Shown one piece after another: positions 41,667 through 53,539 of a stretch of 64,000 nucleotides of DNA. The position numbers were made by a program, and so were the translations under genes. The notes beneath the pieces were generated by a model. It did no database searches, had not been told where the DNA came from, and saw only the letters and a list, made by a program, of their open reading frames with translations. The stretch is from assembly GCA_002269645.1 (NCBI GenBank), contig NIVC01000158.1, positions 310,001 to 374,000 on the forward strand. Reading direction: 5' to 3'. Source of the stretch: Macrostomum lignano. Taxonomy: Eukaryota. How positions within the stretch are numbered: position 1 is the stretch's first letter; the number at the start of each line of letters is the position of its first letter.

Positions 41667-43086
41667 TACCTTTTTACGTTCTATTTGATAAAAACTGCAA
41701 CCAATTTGGCCACGGCTCAGCCTGACGCAGCCGCAGCAATTTTCCATAGACAGCCACCGCTAGCGGCAACCAATTTGGTAAAAACTGCGAGCTATTTTGC
41801 CAGCTTGAAGATAGCAGCTTAATAGCATAACAATAACGATAAAGAATGTTAACAATACATGCACGAAGTCAGAACATTATGTCCTCAGCATTCAAGCACC
41901 GATTGAAGTACGTCTGGGAATGGTTGATCCAGCGCAGGCACTTGAGAGGCGTGATGCAGTTCAGTGCTTGCTGCACTTCTCTCTTCAGAATGCGCATCCT
42001 GTGCTGATGCAGTGTCGCACCTGCTGCAGCAGCCAGTCCAGTATCTGCCACCTCGCGCTGAATGGCAGGTGATTGCAATTGCGTTTTCAGCTTGGCCTTC
42101 AGCGCTGAGCCTGCGTACTCCGCCGGGTTGATGAACGGCGAGTATGGAGGCAGGAATCGGTGAGCATGACCTTCAGACATCCCAGGGACACCTAGGTGAG
42201 CGCGAGCCCCATCGGACAGTAGCACAAACTCCTCTTCCATCAGAACATCGATCTCAGAGAGGAATTCCATGAAGTGCTCGTTCTTAAAGCCTCCTTCGAC
42301 GAGAGTGCTGTGAATCAGGCCGAGTTGCGAGATGGCCAGGCAGATGGTGAGATTCTGCCCACGCTGTCCGCTGACGACAGTCACAGCTGGGAGCCCCTTC
42401 GCTGAGCGGCCTTGAGTCCTCGCCGTCCAGATGTTCACCCCAAACTCGTCCATGAAGATGGTGTTCACCTGGCTTCCCTCGTCCAGCATCCATTCAACGT
42501 GCATCCTTCGCGCCTCCTTTGTAACAGGCATGTTCCAGTTCACAGGTACCTGGCGCAGTAACTTCAGGGTGATGAGGCGACCATCCAGAGCACGACTGAT
42601 AGTGGTCAGACTCACGTTGGCAACGTCATTGTGTTGGTGCAGCAGGTGCTCTCTCATTTGTTGCAGCGTCGCAGTAGGTTGACCTTCGACGAATTGAACA
42701 ATGGTGTCCACCATAGCCTCCGTCAGCGCCATCCTCTTCACTCCTCCTTTTGGCAGAGTGCCAACTCTACCAGTTCGTTCATACGTGGTCACGATGTTCC
42801 TCACTGTCGGTTTCTTCATCCCCATCATTCTGCCAAGCTCTCCCCAGTCGTCGCCACTCCTGTACCCTCTCACGATTCGCTCTCGATCCAGCTGACTTAT
42901 CTTTTGGTACGGCCCACGATTCGCCATCAGAGCAGCTGCTATCTTCAAGCTGGCAAAATGGCTCGCAGTTTTTACCAAATTGGTTGCCGCTAGCGGTGGC
43001 TGTCTATGGGAAATTCTATGTCTATGGTCAGGCTGAGCCGTGGCCAAATTGGTTGCAGTTTTTATCAAATAGAACGTAAAAAGGTA
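41667..43086 (-). mobile_element. Intact IS630/Tc1/mariner-superfamily DNA transposon, 1420 bp
   Basis: 153-bp TIRs 41667-41819 / 42934-43086; TA at 41665-41666 and 43087-43088. Confidence 0.95.
41869..42927 (-). CDS. DDE transposase, 352 aa, DD30E
   Basis: N-terminal HTH region, IFMDEFG, LLSDGARAH, FLPPYSPFINPAE; uninterrupted ORF. Confidence 0.93.
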   Translation of the reverse strand: MANRGPYQKISQLDRERIVRGYRSGDDWGELGRMMGMKKPTVRNIVTTYERTGRVGTLPKGGVKRMALTEAMVDTIVQFVEGQPTATLQQMREHLLHQHNDVANVSLTTISRALDGRLITLKLLRQVPVNWNMPVTKEARRMHVEWMLDEGSQVNTIFMDEFGVNIWTARTQGRSAKGLPAVTVVSGQRGQNLTICLAISQLGLIHSTLVEGGFKNEHFMEFLSEIDVLMEEEFVLLSDGARAHLGVPGMSEGHAHRFLPPYSPFINPAEYAGSALKAKLKTQLQSPAIQREVADTGLAAAAGATLHQHRMRILKREVQQALNCITPLKCLRWINHSQTYFNRCLNAEDIMF

Positions 43087-43508
43087 TATTAACCTAGATG
43101 GGTCACTCCAGTCGCCTGGCGGCAGCGAGAAAACCCCAGGATTTTTACCATAGACTGTAGCTTCTACTGCAGCTCAAGACATTAGCAGTAGCTAGTGTCT
43201 GCGGCCCTAACCCCTCGGTTTTGGGGGCCTCGGAGACGGCCGCTAAATACATTAGCAAATGCAGGAGTGATACATCTAGGTAACATAGTCTGTGCCTTGC
43301 AGTGCGTATTTAACCTCGAAACACGAATCGGTTAACTAGAAGTTCGAGTTAACTACATGTACATGTATGCATTTAATCAGACATGTATAGTGTACGAAAT
43401 TTTATGCTTTTTCGTACTGATTGTATTGTGCATTTTGCAGAAATTATTCCGGTTTAGGGTCAAATGTCAGTGCATATACCCTCGCACTTTTTCTGTTTTA
43501 TGGGGCTC

Positions 43509-46500
43509 TTAAGTGATCATGCGGCGCTGCAGCAGCTGCCGCTTCCACGGCGGCAGGCCCGCCAGTCGAGCTTCCTCGGCCTGTTGGAGGGCGGCCGCCT
43601 CAACATCGCGAGCTGCTCTTTGAGCCTCTTGACGGGCTCGATACTCGCGGAGCCACCGGGGCTGCTGCTGCGACTCTTCATCAACGAAGGGTTGCGGTCG
43701 CTTTTGCTGGTCAGCTGCCATCTCTTCATCGTCTTGTTTCTCTTCCCCAACATCAGCGCCGCCGCAGCTGTCGCCGTCATCTTGACCTTCCACCAGCTGC
43801 AGTTTCTTTAGATGTGCGCTGTTGAATCGCTTCAGCTCGGCTATCAGGTCTCCTTGCTGAGGCTGCCGCTGTTTTGAGACTGGGCCCTTCATGGCGGCAT
43901 CGGCCAGAGCGCCGCAACTTGCTGGCCGTCGTACCGTCGAAGATTTTTTAAATCTAGGAGCCACGCTCTGGGGCGGAGGCGGCGGCGCTGGAGGAATCAC
44001 CGAACACTGGTTGTTGACTGGCTGGGTGACCGGCGGAGCTGGTGACCGTATAAGCATTACTGACTGTTGCGAACCCGATGCTAGAGGCGGCGGAGGTGGC
44101 GGAGCCGGTGGTGGAGGTGGTGGAAGTGCTGGTGGAATAGCTAAGTTTCCAGCGGCTCCTTTGATCTCTGTAGACTGTTGTGAAGTTGAAGCTGAAGGAA
44201 AAGTCGAGGCGGTCCGTTTGATCATTGCATGTGGAAGTGGCGGAGCCGGTGGTGGAGGTGGCGGGGGTGCTGGTGGAATGTTTGAAGCGGCGGCGGTTCC
44301 TTTGGTGATTGGCTGCAGCGCGACGGAACCTGTCAGTTCTGTCGTCAGTTCAGTTGTCAGTTCTGTCGTTTCCTTGCTCATTGACGATAGCTCTGAGTCG
44401 GCGGTACCTTTACTAACCGATACAGGCATTGTTGGAACTGATTTATCAGCCGCAGCGGTGCCTTTGATCACGGATGGTGATCGCGTAGCCGTTGGTAGAG
44501 ATGCTGACTGGATGCTGGAGTCCGTCATCCTGATTGTTGATTGCCGTTGTGGCGGCGGTGAAGGCGACACTGGCACTTCCGGTATTGAGTAGATTGATCT
44601 CGTCATTGGTGAAACTGAAGTCGCATTGACAGTGCCTGGCACCTGCGGGGAGCAATCGAGCCAGATTCTAATGGAAGCGTATAAGCCATGGGAGTCGGCA
44701 AACTCTGGCTTGCGGATAAAATGCGGCCCGCGAAGCCTTTCTATTCGACCCTCGGGTTCTTTGAAACTTCACAATAGTAATCCAAGCCCGGGCCTACTAA
44801 TAGTAGCTGTGTTGTTTTACCGATATTATTGTTCAGAGGTAAAAATGTATGGAATTGATTGTATGCGGTGTCCTCAATTAGTTAAAAATATTATATTACA
44901 TCTTCCATCTTACTATGCACTTTTTACATAGTAATCACACTATATGCTTTCACTGAGGTTTTGTTAGTGCTTGATCGATTCTAAGGGAATCGAATTGAAA
45001 GTACTAATCTTATGTGTACTTTCAATTTGTTGGGCATAACTTTGCATACCTACTGACTTACTTGTGTGTCGCAAATTTACCAAAAAGTTTTTCTGGGTGC
45101 AGAATCATTTAATTAGCTAATTAGTGACAGCTGAAGTTATTTAAAATGTTTTTCAAATCTATCTAGCCCAGAGACAGGCGTGTACCGATTGGAAAGCCTA
45201 ATTGAACTCAAATACAGAGCTCTCCACATTTTATTAAATATTATATGCGAAGCTAATTGCGTGTCAAGTGCATCCCCCAGGAAAAATCAATATTGAATGA
45301 ATACTGGAAGCCTTCCCCCCAATTATTTTTCCCTTTACGTATTGCCATCACCTCTTTCCATTTGCCAGTTTTACGCCAATGTCTATATTCCATAATTATC
45401 ACCGCGAGTCCGCTGCAATTGCCCTGCAGTTTGTGTTACTTTTGAGCGAGCAGCCGCGACACTAATGGGCAGGGCAAGCTTATGGACAGTTATATGCTAC
45501 AAAAAGCAACGCAGTCAAGAGGAGAGGACTGACAATAGATAGGAACAGATGGGAACAGTATCTAGCAGCCACGCCCTGAACTGCTGTATGGTTGCTCTAT
45601 CTTGCCTAATATCTTCCCTCAGGCGATTGGCCGTTGCACGCTGTGCTGCATTTCTTCAGCAGTGCATTCCAGTGCTGAAAACGTTTCAAATGTCATCTCA
45701 CAGACAGGATGCTGAAACAACTGATGCAGCCAACCCGTTGTCCATAGAAGTAGGCACACTTCTCGATTCCAAATGCAGTCACATTAAGTTGAGGCTAAAT
45801 TGGAATCTCGGCTTGGCTCTGCTCGTGCAATTAACGCCCTTGCAAAAGGCAAAACCCCCAAGGCACAGTGAAGTGTACATGCCTAACGATAAATAAAGTT
45901 AGCGCCGCTGTACACTCCTGTGTGAGTGCGTCTGTATTGCGTATGAGTGCGTACGTACATGCATCCGTGCGCTTGTGGGCCTATAAAGGACCACTGTAAT
46001 TTTCGGAGACCAATTTCTATTCATATTAAAGCTGCCACCCTTAGTTCTCTCTGCTTGATCAATCCTCATGAACTGGTGAAGGTGAGGTGAAAACTTATCG
46101 GTGAAGTCCTACACGCTGAAGAGGAGACCTTGATCATGGCTTTACTTATTACACACAATTGCCGCACAATACTGCCTATAACTACTGGTGCGGGAGGTTG
46201 ACGCTGCTGCTGACTCTGCAGACACCCTATCGGCGAGAGCGGGAGCGCACTAGGCATTTTATCTACTGCCTGCTGTTCGAAGCACAGGCACCTCGGATTC
46301 GGCCAGCTGCGTGGCTTGCGTTTGCGCTGCTTTCTGCGATGCTGATTTTAAGACCTACTCACAGCGCATTTTAATTGTTGCTGTTGTTAGCGTATCCCAC
46401 TGTTCTCATTCTCACCTGTCGCTGTTGCAGCAGTCCGAGGGTCTCATCGTCGTTGAGCCGGCAGAACTGCGCTGGCACGGCCCCGCTAGCCGATTGGTCG

Positions 46501-47045
46501 GCAGCCGAGCACGGAGTCTGGTGCAGCAGCCACTCAACTGCAGCCGCGTGGCCGGAGTAGGCCGCTACGTGCAGCAGGTTCATGCCCTCGGCGTCGCGGG
46601 CCAGCGGATCAGCTCCGGCCTCCAGCAGCAGCCAGGTCAGGCAAGCCAACTGGCCTGCGGCGGCTGCGTTGTGCGCCGGCGTGTCGCCGAATTCAACTGC
46701 CGGCTGCGTCGCCGACAAGCCGAGCTCCGACACCAGATAGTTGAGAAGCTCCGGCGCGCCAGACCTCGCCGCGTAGTGCACAAGGCCGGCACCGTGCGAG
46801 TCGCGAATGTCGCTAAGGCGACGCCGAGGCTGCGCGCAGTCACTGTTGTTGCCGGTGCCGAAACCAGTCCAGCGAGCAGCTGCCAGCTTAAACGCCACAA
46901 CATCGCCGGCCAGCGCCAGCCGAAGGAGGTCTTCGGCAGCCTCGGTGACAGCAGTGTCATTAGCAGGCTGCGGTGGCTGGTTACCAGCATCGGCCTTGAT
47001 GAAATGGTACGAATTTTTATGTACATACAGTTTTTGAAACAGCAT
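43509..47045 (-). CDS. ESPN: Espin/forked-like actin-bundling protein (ankyrin repeats, Pro-rich region, WH2, C-terminal bundling module)
   Basis: Exon 47045-46416 (GLVHYAARSG, GDTPAHNAAAAGQLACLTWLL) joins in phase 0 to 44642-43509 (polyPro, GDLIAELKR..LKK, EEARLAGLPPWKRQLLQRR). Extra internal exons not excluded. Confidence 0.8.
44687..44785. mobile_element. Single end of a Charlie-like hAT element related to 9255-9500
   Basis: GGGAGTCGGCAAAC..ATGCGGCCCGCG and the shared CCTCGGG..TGAAACTTCACAATAG.AATCC. Confidence 0.6.
45762..45982 (+). mobile_element. SINE family 2, copy C (5'-truncated at the B box)
   Basis: Starts CTCGATTCCAAATGCAGTCACATT; collinear body. Confidence 0.8.
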
Positions 47046-47959
47046 TTAATCAATTAATCTTAAATCAAAAAACAAATAATGAATAGTAGACTGGAAAACC
47101 AAAATTCTGAAACTAACTATTAGAGCGACCAAGTAATATGAAGCGTAATGCTTCAGATATGCAAACCCCTTGCATAGACACGTTTGAAGGTATATGTAAC
47201 GACCATAATAACCATAAAATTCATAGATAGTTATTAAAGCACTAAGCAATAAAAACTAATTTGCTACAACTTAAAAAACTTGACAAATCGCGTTTAAAAA
47301 ACGAACTAATTCGAACAGGCTAAGAAAAGAAGGTAAAATAATCTATATTTAACAACAGTCTATTCGAAGTTACTCCTTAGTATAAAGGCATAAAATAGAA
47401 TACATTCTAAATACTAATTTATAGTATGTACGAAAGGGCTTGTGAATTGCTGAACGAAGCTTTATAACAGCCTAAATATAATATTAAAGGAAGTCACAAG
47501 ATAGTCTCTCTTTCTGATGATCTTAGCAGATGACTCCTTTTTATTATATTGGGTGATTTTTATTTGCATTTGGTATTTGCGATTTTGATGCAGATTGGAT
47601 ATTCAATATTGAACCCACAAATTTTCAATTATCGCGCTTACATAGCTGTTAATGTAATAATCTTTAAGAGGACGAGATTTAACAGTTTAAAACACATTTC
47701 ATAAACTTCTAAAAACGCTATTTACTTTAAATTCTTTAAATGTTAGGAAAGTTTGTTATATTGTACAATTTAGATTTTAACTTTTTGTTTTCATGTAGAT
47801 TTCCCCGAAAGCAACTAGAAAATTATTCTCCTCTCTTCGTATTCTATGTCCAAATCCATGTCCAAGTGTTTAAACATTAAATAATTTGCGCAGTAAATAC
47901 TCGAAACATATTCATACTTTACTTCGTCATATACCTAAACGTACCTCGGAAACGGTATT

Positions 47960-50900
47960 ATGTCTAACTTTGACAATCCCTTTGCTGACCCAAATAAACA
48001 GATGCAAGCAAATTCAAATACAAGTCCATTTTCGGTAAGTTTTTTTACTTCATAGGAGGTTTCTATTATAATTTTAACAGCGTATCTGATTATTTTTTAT
48101 AATGCATAAGTGCATAATATACAATATATATTAAATATTGCATTGGTCTCTGTCTGGAGTCTAGACTAGTTTTCATTTGTATAAAAGTAGTCTGGACTAG
48201 TCTTGGATGTGCATAATTTGGTTGGAATTGAATTTCTTTATAACTATTGAATTCAATCTGGGTTATGATTGTGTATTTTTTCTATTTTACAATAAGTAGA
48301 TAGATATTCAAATAATAAAATATGTTGATAAAAGGTATAAAATATAAATATAAATATATCTAGGCCTATAAGTTTGCCAAATATTACTTGTCATTATTAA
48401 TATTTGAACCATTTATCTTGCTTTTACCAATATTTTACATTGCAGCTAAATATAAACAAAATGTATTTCATATTTTTATGTCAGTTTCAATATATTAAAT
48501 TCAAAAATTTTATAAAGCATAGGATAAAAATTAAAATAATTTTTTTAGAATAATTTTTCTTTAGCTAGTAAGAATAATATCAAATCAATGTTTTATGGGA
48601 TTGAGCCATTATATTTCTATGACAAAATATATAAACTTTTTGTCACTTCCACATTTAAAAAATCATTATCTTAAAATTATTTAGTTATAATTTACCTATT
48701 TTTATTTCAAATTTGATTGATATTTGTTGATTCTCTATCTGAAATAAATACTTTATTACTCAAAATCAATCAAATCAATAAAATGAGTATGTATACCTAT
48801 GCTAAATTTTTGAAACTATATTTTAAACATCTAAATTAGTAACCTAATAGATCTCAACATTCACATGCAGGACCCATCTGTGCAGCAGGCCAGAGGTTCT
48901 CAGCCTTCGTCTACACGCGCTGCCATGGACGAGTTCAGTCCATTCAGCGCTGAGCAGCAGCAGCAGCAAAAGCCACAGCCCCAGCAGCAGCCACAGCCCC
49001 AGCAGCAGCCACAGCCGGCTATTCTTCCTTACCAGCCGCAGCAGCAGCAACAGCCACAGCCGCCCCCAGCTTACAGCGCCAGCGCTCAGCAGCGCATCAC
49101 CTCGGAGGAGTTGGAGCGGCGCCAGCGAGAGTTAGAAGCGAAAGCGCGCGAACTTGAGCGCCGCGAAGAGGAGCAGCGACGGAGGGAAGCTGAGATGGCC
49201 TCATCTGGTCCCGGCGGTCCGGCTGGCGGATGTGAGAGACTCGCTGGTCATTTCTCAGATTCTCAGCGATGACTTGCCAATCATTTCTCAGATTCTCAGC
49301 GATGACTTGTCAATCATTTCTCAGATCCTCAGCGATGACTCGCCAATCATTTCTCAGATCCTCAGGCATGACTCGCCAATCATTTCTCAGATCCTCAGGC
49401 ATGACTTGCCAATCATTTCTCAGATTCTCAGCGATGACTTGTCAATCATTTCTCAGATCTTCAGACATGACTCGCCAATCATTTCTCAGATTCTCAGCGA
49501 TGACTTGTCAATCATTTCTCAGATCCTCAGGCATGACTTGCCAATCATTTCTCAGATCCTCAGGCATGACTTGCCAATCATTTCTCAGATCCTCAGGCAT
49601 GACTCGCCAATCATTTCTCAGATCCTCAGGCATGACTCGCCAATCATTTCTCAGATCTTCAGACATGACTCGCCAATCATTTCTCAGATTCTCAGCGATG
49701 ACTTGTCAATCATTTCTCAGATTCTCAGCGATGACTTGTCAATCATTTCTCAGATCTTCAGACATGACTCGCCAATCATTTCTCAGATTCTCAGCGATGA
49801 CTTGCCAATCATTTCTCAGATTCTCAGCGATGACTTGTCAATCATTTCTCAGATCCTCAGCGATGACTTGTCAATCATTTCTCAGATCCTCAGCGATGAC
49901 TCGCCAACAATTTCTCATTTAAAAACAGGCGACTTATCATGAAAATCTTGCAGCCCAATGAGCCAAAGAAAAGATATACTGTTGATTGCTTTCTCCACCA
50001 TCCCGAATCCCCGCAGTTCGGCAGAACAACTGGCCACCGCTGCCAGCTTTCTCCCCGGTGGGCCCCTGCTTCTACCAGGACATCGACGTGGACATCCCGT
50101 CGGAGTTCCGCTCCCTGGTGCGCCTGTCCTACTACCTGTGGCTGGCACACGTGTGCCTACTGTTGGTGAACATTCTTGGCACGCTGGCCTATTTCATTGG
50201 CGTGCAGGCGGGCAAGACCAACGCTGGCACCGTCTTTGGCGTGTCTCTAATCGTCTGCGTAGCATTCGTACCGGCCTCCTACGTGTGCTGGTTCCGCCCG
50301 CTGTACAAGGCCTTTAAGTGAGCGCTCAGGCTGAGTTTCCGGACTCCCAGATTCCCTCACTGGATCATTTTCAGTTGCTGGTCCGCCACCGCCACCCTCG
50401 CAGATCCTCAGTTGCTGGGGCCACCGCCACCCTCGCAGATCCTTAGTTGCTGGGGCCACCGCCACCCTCGCAGATCCTCAGTTGCTGGTCCGCCACGGCC
50501 ACCCTCGCAGATCCTCAGTTGCTGGGGCCACCGCCACCCTCGCAGATCCTCAGTTGCTGGTCCGCCACCGCCACCCTCGCAGATCCTCAGTTGCTGGGGC
50601 CACCGCCACCCTCGCAGATCCTTAGTTGCTGGGGCCACCGCCACCCTCGCAGATCCTCAGTTGCTGGTCCGCCACCACCACCCTCGCAGATCCTTAGTTG
50701 CTGGGGCCACCGCCACCCTCGCAGATCCTCAGTTGCTGGGGCCACCGCCACCCTCGCAGATCCTCAGTTGCTGGGGCCACCGCCACCCTCGCAGATCCTT
50801 AGTTGCTGGGGCCACCGCCACCCTCCTTCCAAATTCTCAGTTGCTGGGAAGTTGTCATCCTCAATTTTATCTTAAACCCTCAATAAAAAATCTGAATCCT

Positions 50901-51467
50901 CTAGTTGAGCATAGAGTCCTCGTAAAGTCCTTACTGATCCTAATTGGTTTATATCGAATAAAAAACCACCATTTCAGAAACGACAGCAGCTTCAACTTTT
51001 TTCTATTCTTCGTGATGTTCTTCGTCCAGTTTGGCATCCTGGCCATCCAGTGCTTGGGCCTCGACTATCTGGGCAGCTGCGGCTGGATTAACGCCTTCGT
51101 CATGATGAAGCAGAGCACAGCAGTTGGCATGTTCATGCTGCTCATTGCGCTGTGCTTCACTGCCCTAGCGGGACTGGACATGGCCCTGCTGGTCCGGGTG
51201 AGGCCTCGGCTCTTAATTGAGCATTCAACCTTTTCATGTACCTTGTCTTCTCCTCACTCTCTATCTGAGCAACCCGCTCTGCCCGCTCTGCAGGTGCACC
51301 GCATCTACCGAAGCACCGGTGCCAGCTTTGCCAAAGCGCGCCAGGAGTTCAGTCAAGGCGTGCTGGCCAACGAAGCTGTTCGCGGAGCTGCTGCCGACGC
51401 TGCCGCCGTGTCTGCCCGGTCCGCCTTCACCGGTGGCGGTAGCGGCGGTGGCGGCGGTCGCTATTAA
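47960..51467 (+). CDS. SCAMP: Secretory carrier membrane protein
   Basis: Exons 47960-48034 (NPF motif), 48871-49231, 50017-50317 (NNWPPLP..GPCFYQDI; CWFRPLYKAF), 50978-51197 (DSSFNFF), 51294-51467 (GASFAKA); phases consistent. Confidence 0.92.
49245..49918. repeat. 33-bp minisatellite in SCAMP intron 2
   Basis: ATCATTTCTCAGATTCTCAGCGATGACTTGCCA, about 20 copies. Confidence 0.95.
50365..50850. repeat. 35-bp minisatellite in SCAMP intron 3
   Basis: CGCAGATCCTCAGTTGCTGGGGCCACCGCCACCCT, about 13 copies. Confidence 0.95.
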
Positions 51468-51489
51468 TTTGACAATCGTGTGCTGACTG

Positions 51490-52372
51490 CTTCCCTGATT
51501 GGCTCTGATTAGATTTGGGGTAGCGGCCGTCGGCCGATTCTAATTGGTTCTGTCGGGGGCTAACGGTTGGCGGCCGATTCTAATTGGCTGTGCCCGATTT
51601 AGGGGTTGGCGGCCGATTCTAATTGGCTGTGCCCGATTTAGGGGTTGGCGGCCGATTCTAATTGGCTGTGCCCGATTTAGGGGTTGGCGGCCGATTCTAA
51701 TTGGCTGTGCCCGATTTAGGGGTTTCTGGCCGATTCTAATTGGCTGTGCCCTATTAAACGGTTGGCGGCCAATTCTAATTGGCTGTGTCCGATTAAACGG
51801 TTGGCGGCCGATTCTAATTGGCTGGGCCCGATTTAGGGGTTTGTGGCCGATTCTAATTGGCTGTGCCCTATTAAACGGTTGGCGGCCAATTCTAATTGGC
51901 TGTGTCCGATTAAACGGTTGGCGGCCGATTCTAATTGGCTGGGCCCGATTTAGGGGTTGGCGGCTGATTCTAATTGGCTGTGCCCTATTAAACGGTTGGC
52001 GGCCAATTCTAATTGGCTGTGTCTGATTAAACGGTTGGCGGCCGATTCTAATTGGCTGGGTCCGATTTAGGGGTTTGTGGCCGATTCTAATTGGCTGTGC
52101 CCTATTAAACGGTTGGCGGCCAATTCTAATTGGCTGTGTCCGATTAAACGGTTGGCGGCCGATTCTAATTGGCTGGGCCCGATTTAGGGGTTGGCGGCTG
52201 ATTCTAATTGGCTGTGCCCAATTTAGGGATTTTTGGCCGATTTTAATTGGCTGTGCCTGATTTAGGGGTTGCCGGCCGATTTTAATTGGTTATGCCCAAT
52301 TTTGGGGTTGTTGGCCGATTCTAATTGGCTATGCGCGATTTACGGGTTGGCGGCCGATTCTAATTGACTGTG
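51490..52372. repeat. 39-bp minisatellite just after the SCAMP stop
   Basis: GGCCGATTCTAATTGGCTGTGCCCGATTTAGGGGTTGGC, about 22 copies. Confidence 0.95.
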
Positions 52373-53539
52373 CTGCCGGGCCGGGGTCAGGCGTGTTAGC
52401 AAAGGACCCTGGCGGGGCCAATCTGAAAATATGTAATCGATTTTTGCCGCCAATTAAATCGAATAAAATCATACGTTATTATCTCTAATATGTGCTATCT
52501 GAGATGTTTATCTAATGATCTGCTTGTGTTTAACTAGTCTAAGCATCTCTTCTGTTTTTTGTTTTTAAGGTTACACGGGTAAACACGTTTTGTTTTAATT
52601 TCTCAAACCGTCGATAATCAGTTTATTGGCTATTGCTTTTTCCCTTGATAAATTTTATTAGCATTTTACAAGCCGTCTTACCAGTAAGTCACAACTTAGT
52701 GGGCCTCTAGTTAGTATGTTATTTAATATTGATCGACTATTTACAGTTCACTTGATCAAATAACTTGTGGAAATAAATCTTACGAGTCGCAATAGTCATT
52801 GTTCCTATATTAATCTACGCGTACGCATGCTATTTTACTTTACTAATCTATTGATCTGTCTGTCAACAAAAGGTCACATGGTCTGAACTGATCAATGGTA
52901 CAATATTAATTAAAGTACGTGCAGTTGTTTATCTATATTAGCAAAATAGTGTCAACAAACGTCGCTATTGGCTCTGAGTGATCACGAGTGATCTCTAAGA
53001 CTTGTGTGTACGGACACGCGATCTATTTGCGGTTATATAGTGCATAAACAGGTCATGTGATTTAATCGCAATTAATAATTGAGGTTGAAGGTAATTTTGT
53101 GCAACCAAGGGAAGATCAAGCAGTAGTTTTCTCAATGTTGTGTCTAAAATTCCGTGCATGATCCTTACTTTGTGTCTTTTTGTGCTTTTATAGTTCTCCC
53201 ACCCATGCCCTCTGTCTGTCTGTCTGAAATCGTATGAATGCTTGTCAATCAGAGTAAATTTGTTGTGTCGTAGTATTGATAATTATAGCCTGAGCACAGG
53301 TATTTTATGTATTCTTGCCCAGTGTAGTGAATAACTGTTTACTGTTAAAATGTTGGTCTATTATTGGTCTATGGTCTAACTTACACCGTATAATATGGAG
53401 GCAACCTTTGCATAATTTTTTGCTGAACTGTGTTATATTTCTCTATACCCTATTTTCTTCACATCTCTTCCTTTTTAATTTGTTCCTTTACCTTTTCTTT
53501 CGGTTCATCTAATCCTCTCTTCTCTTTTTCTGTTCTGCT

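Noticed and set aside
41667-43500. Fanzor/TnpB cargo associated with the IS630-like transposon
   Set aside because: The transposase fills the element; no RuvC-like ORF inside or beside it.
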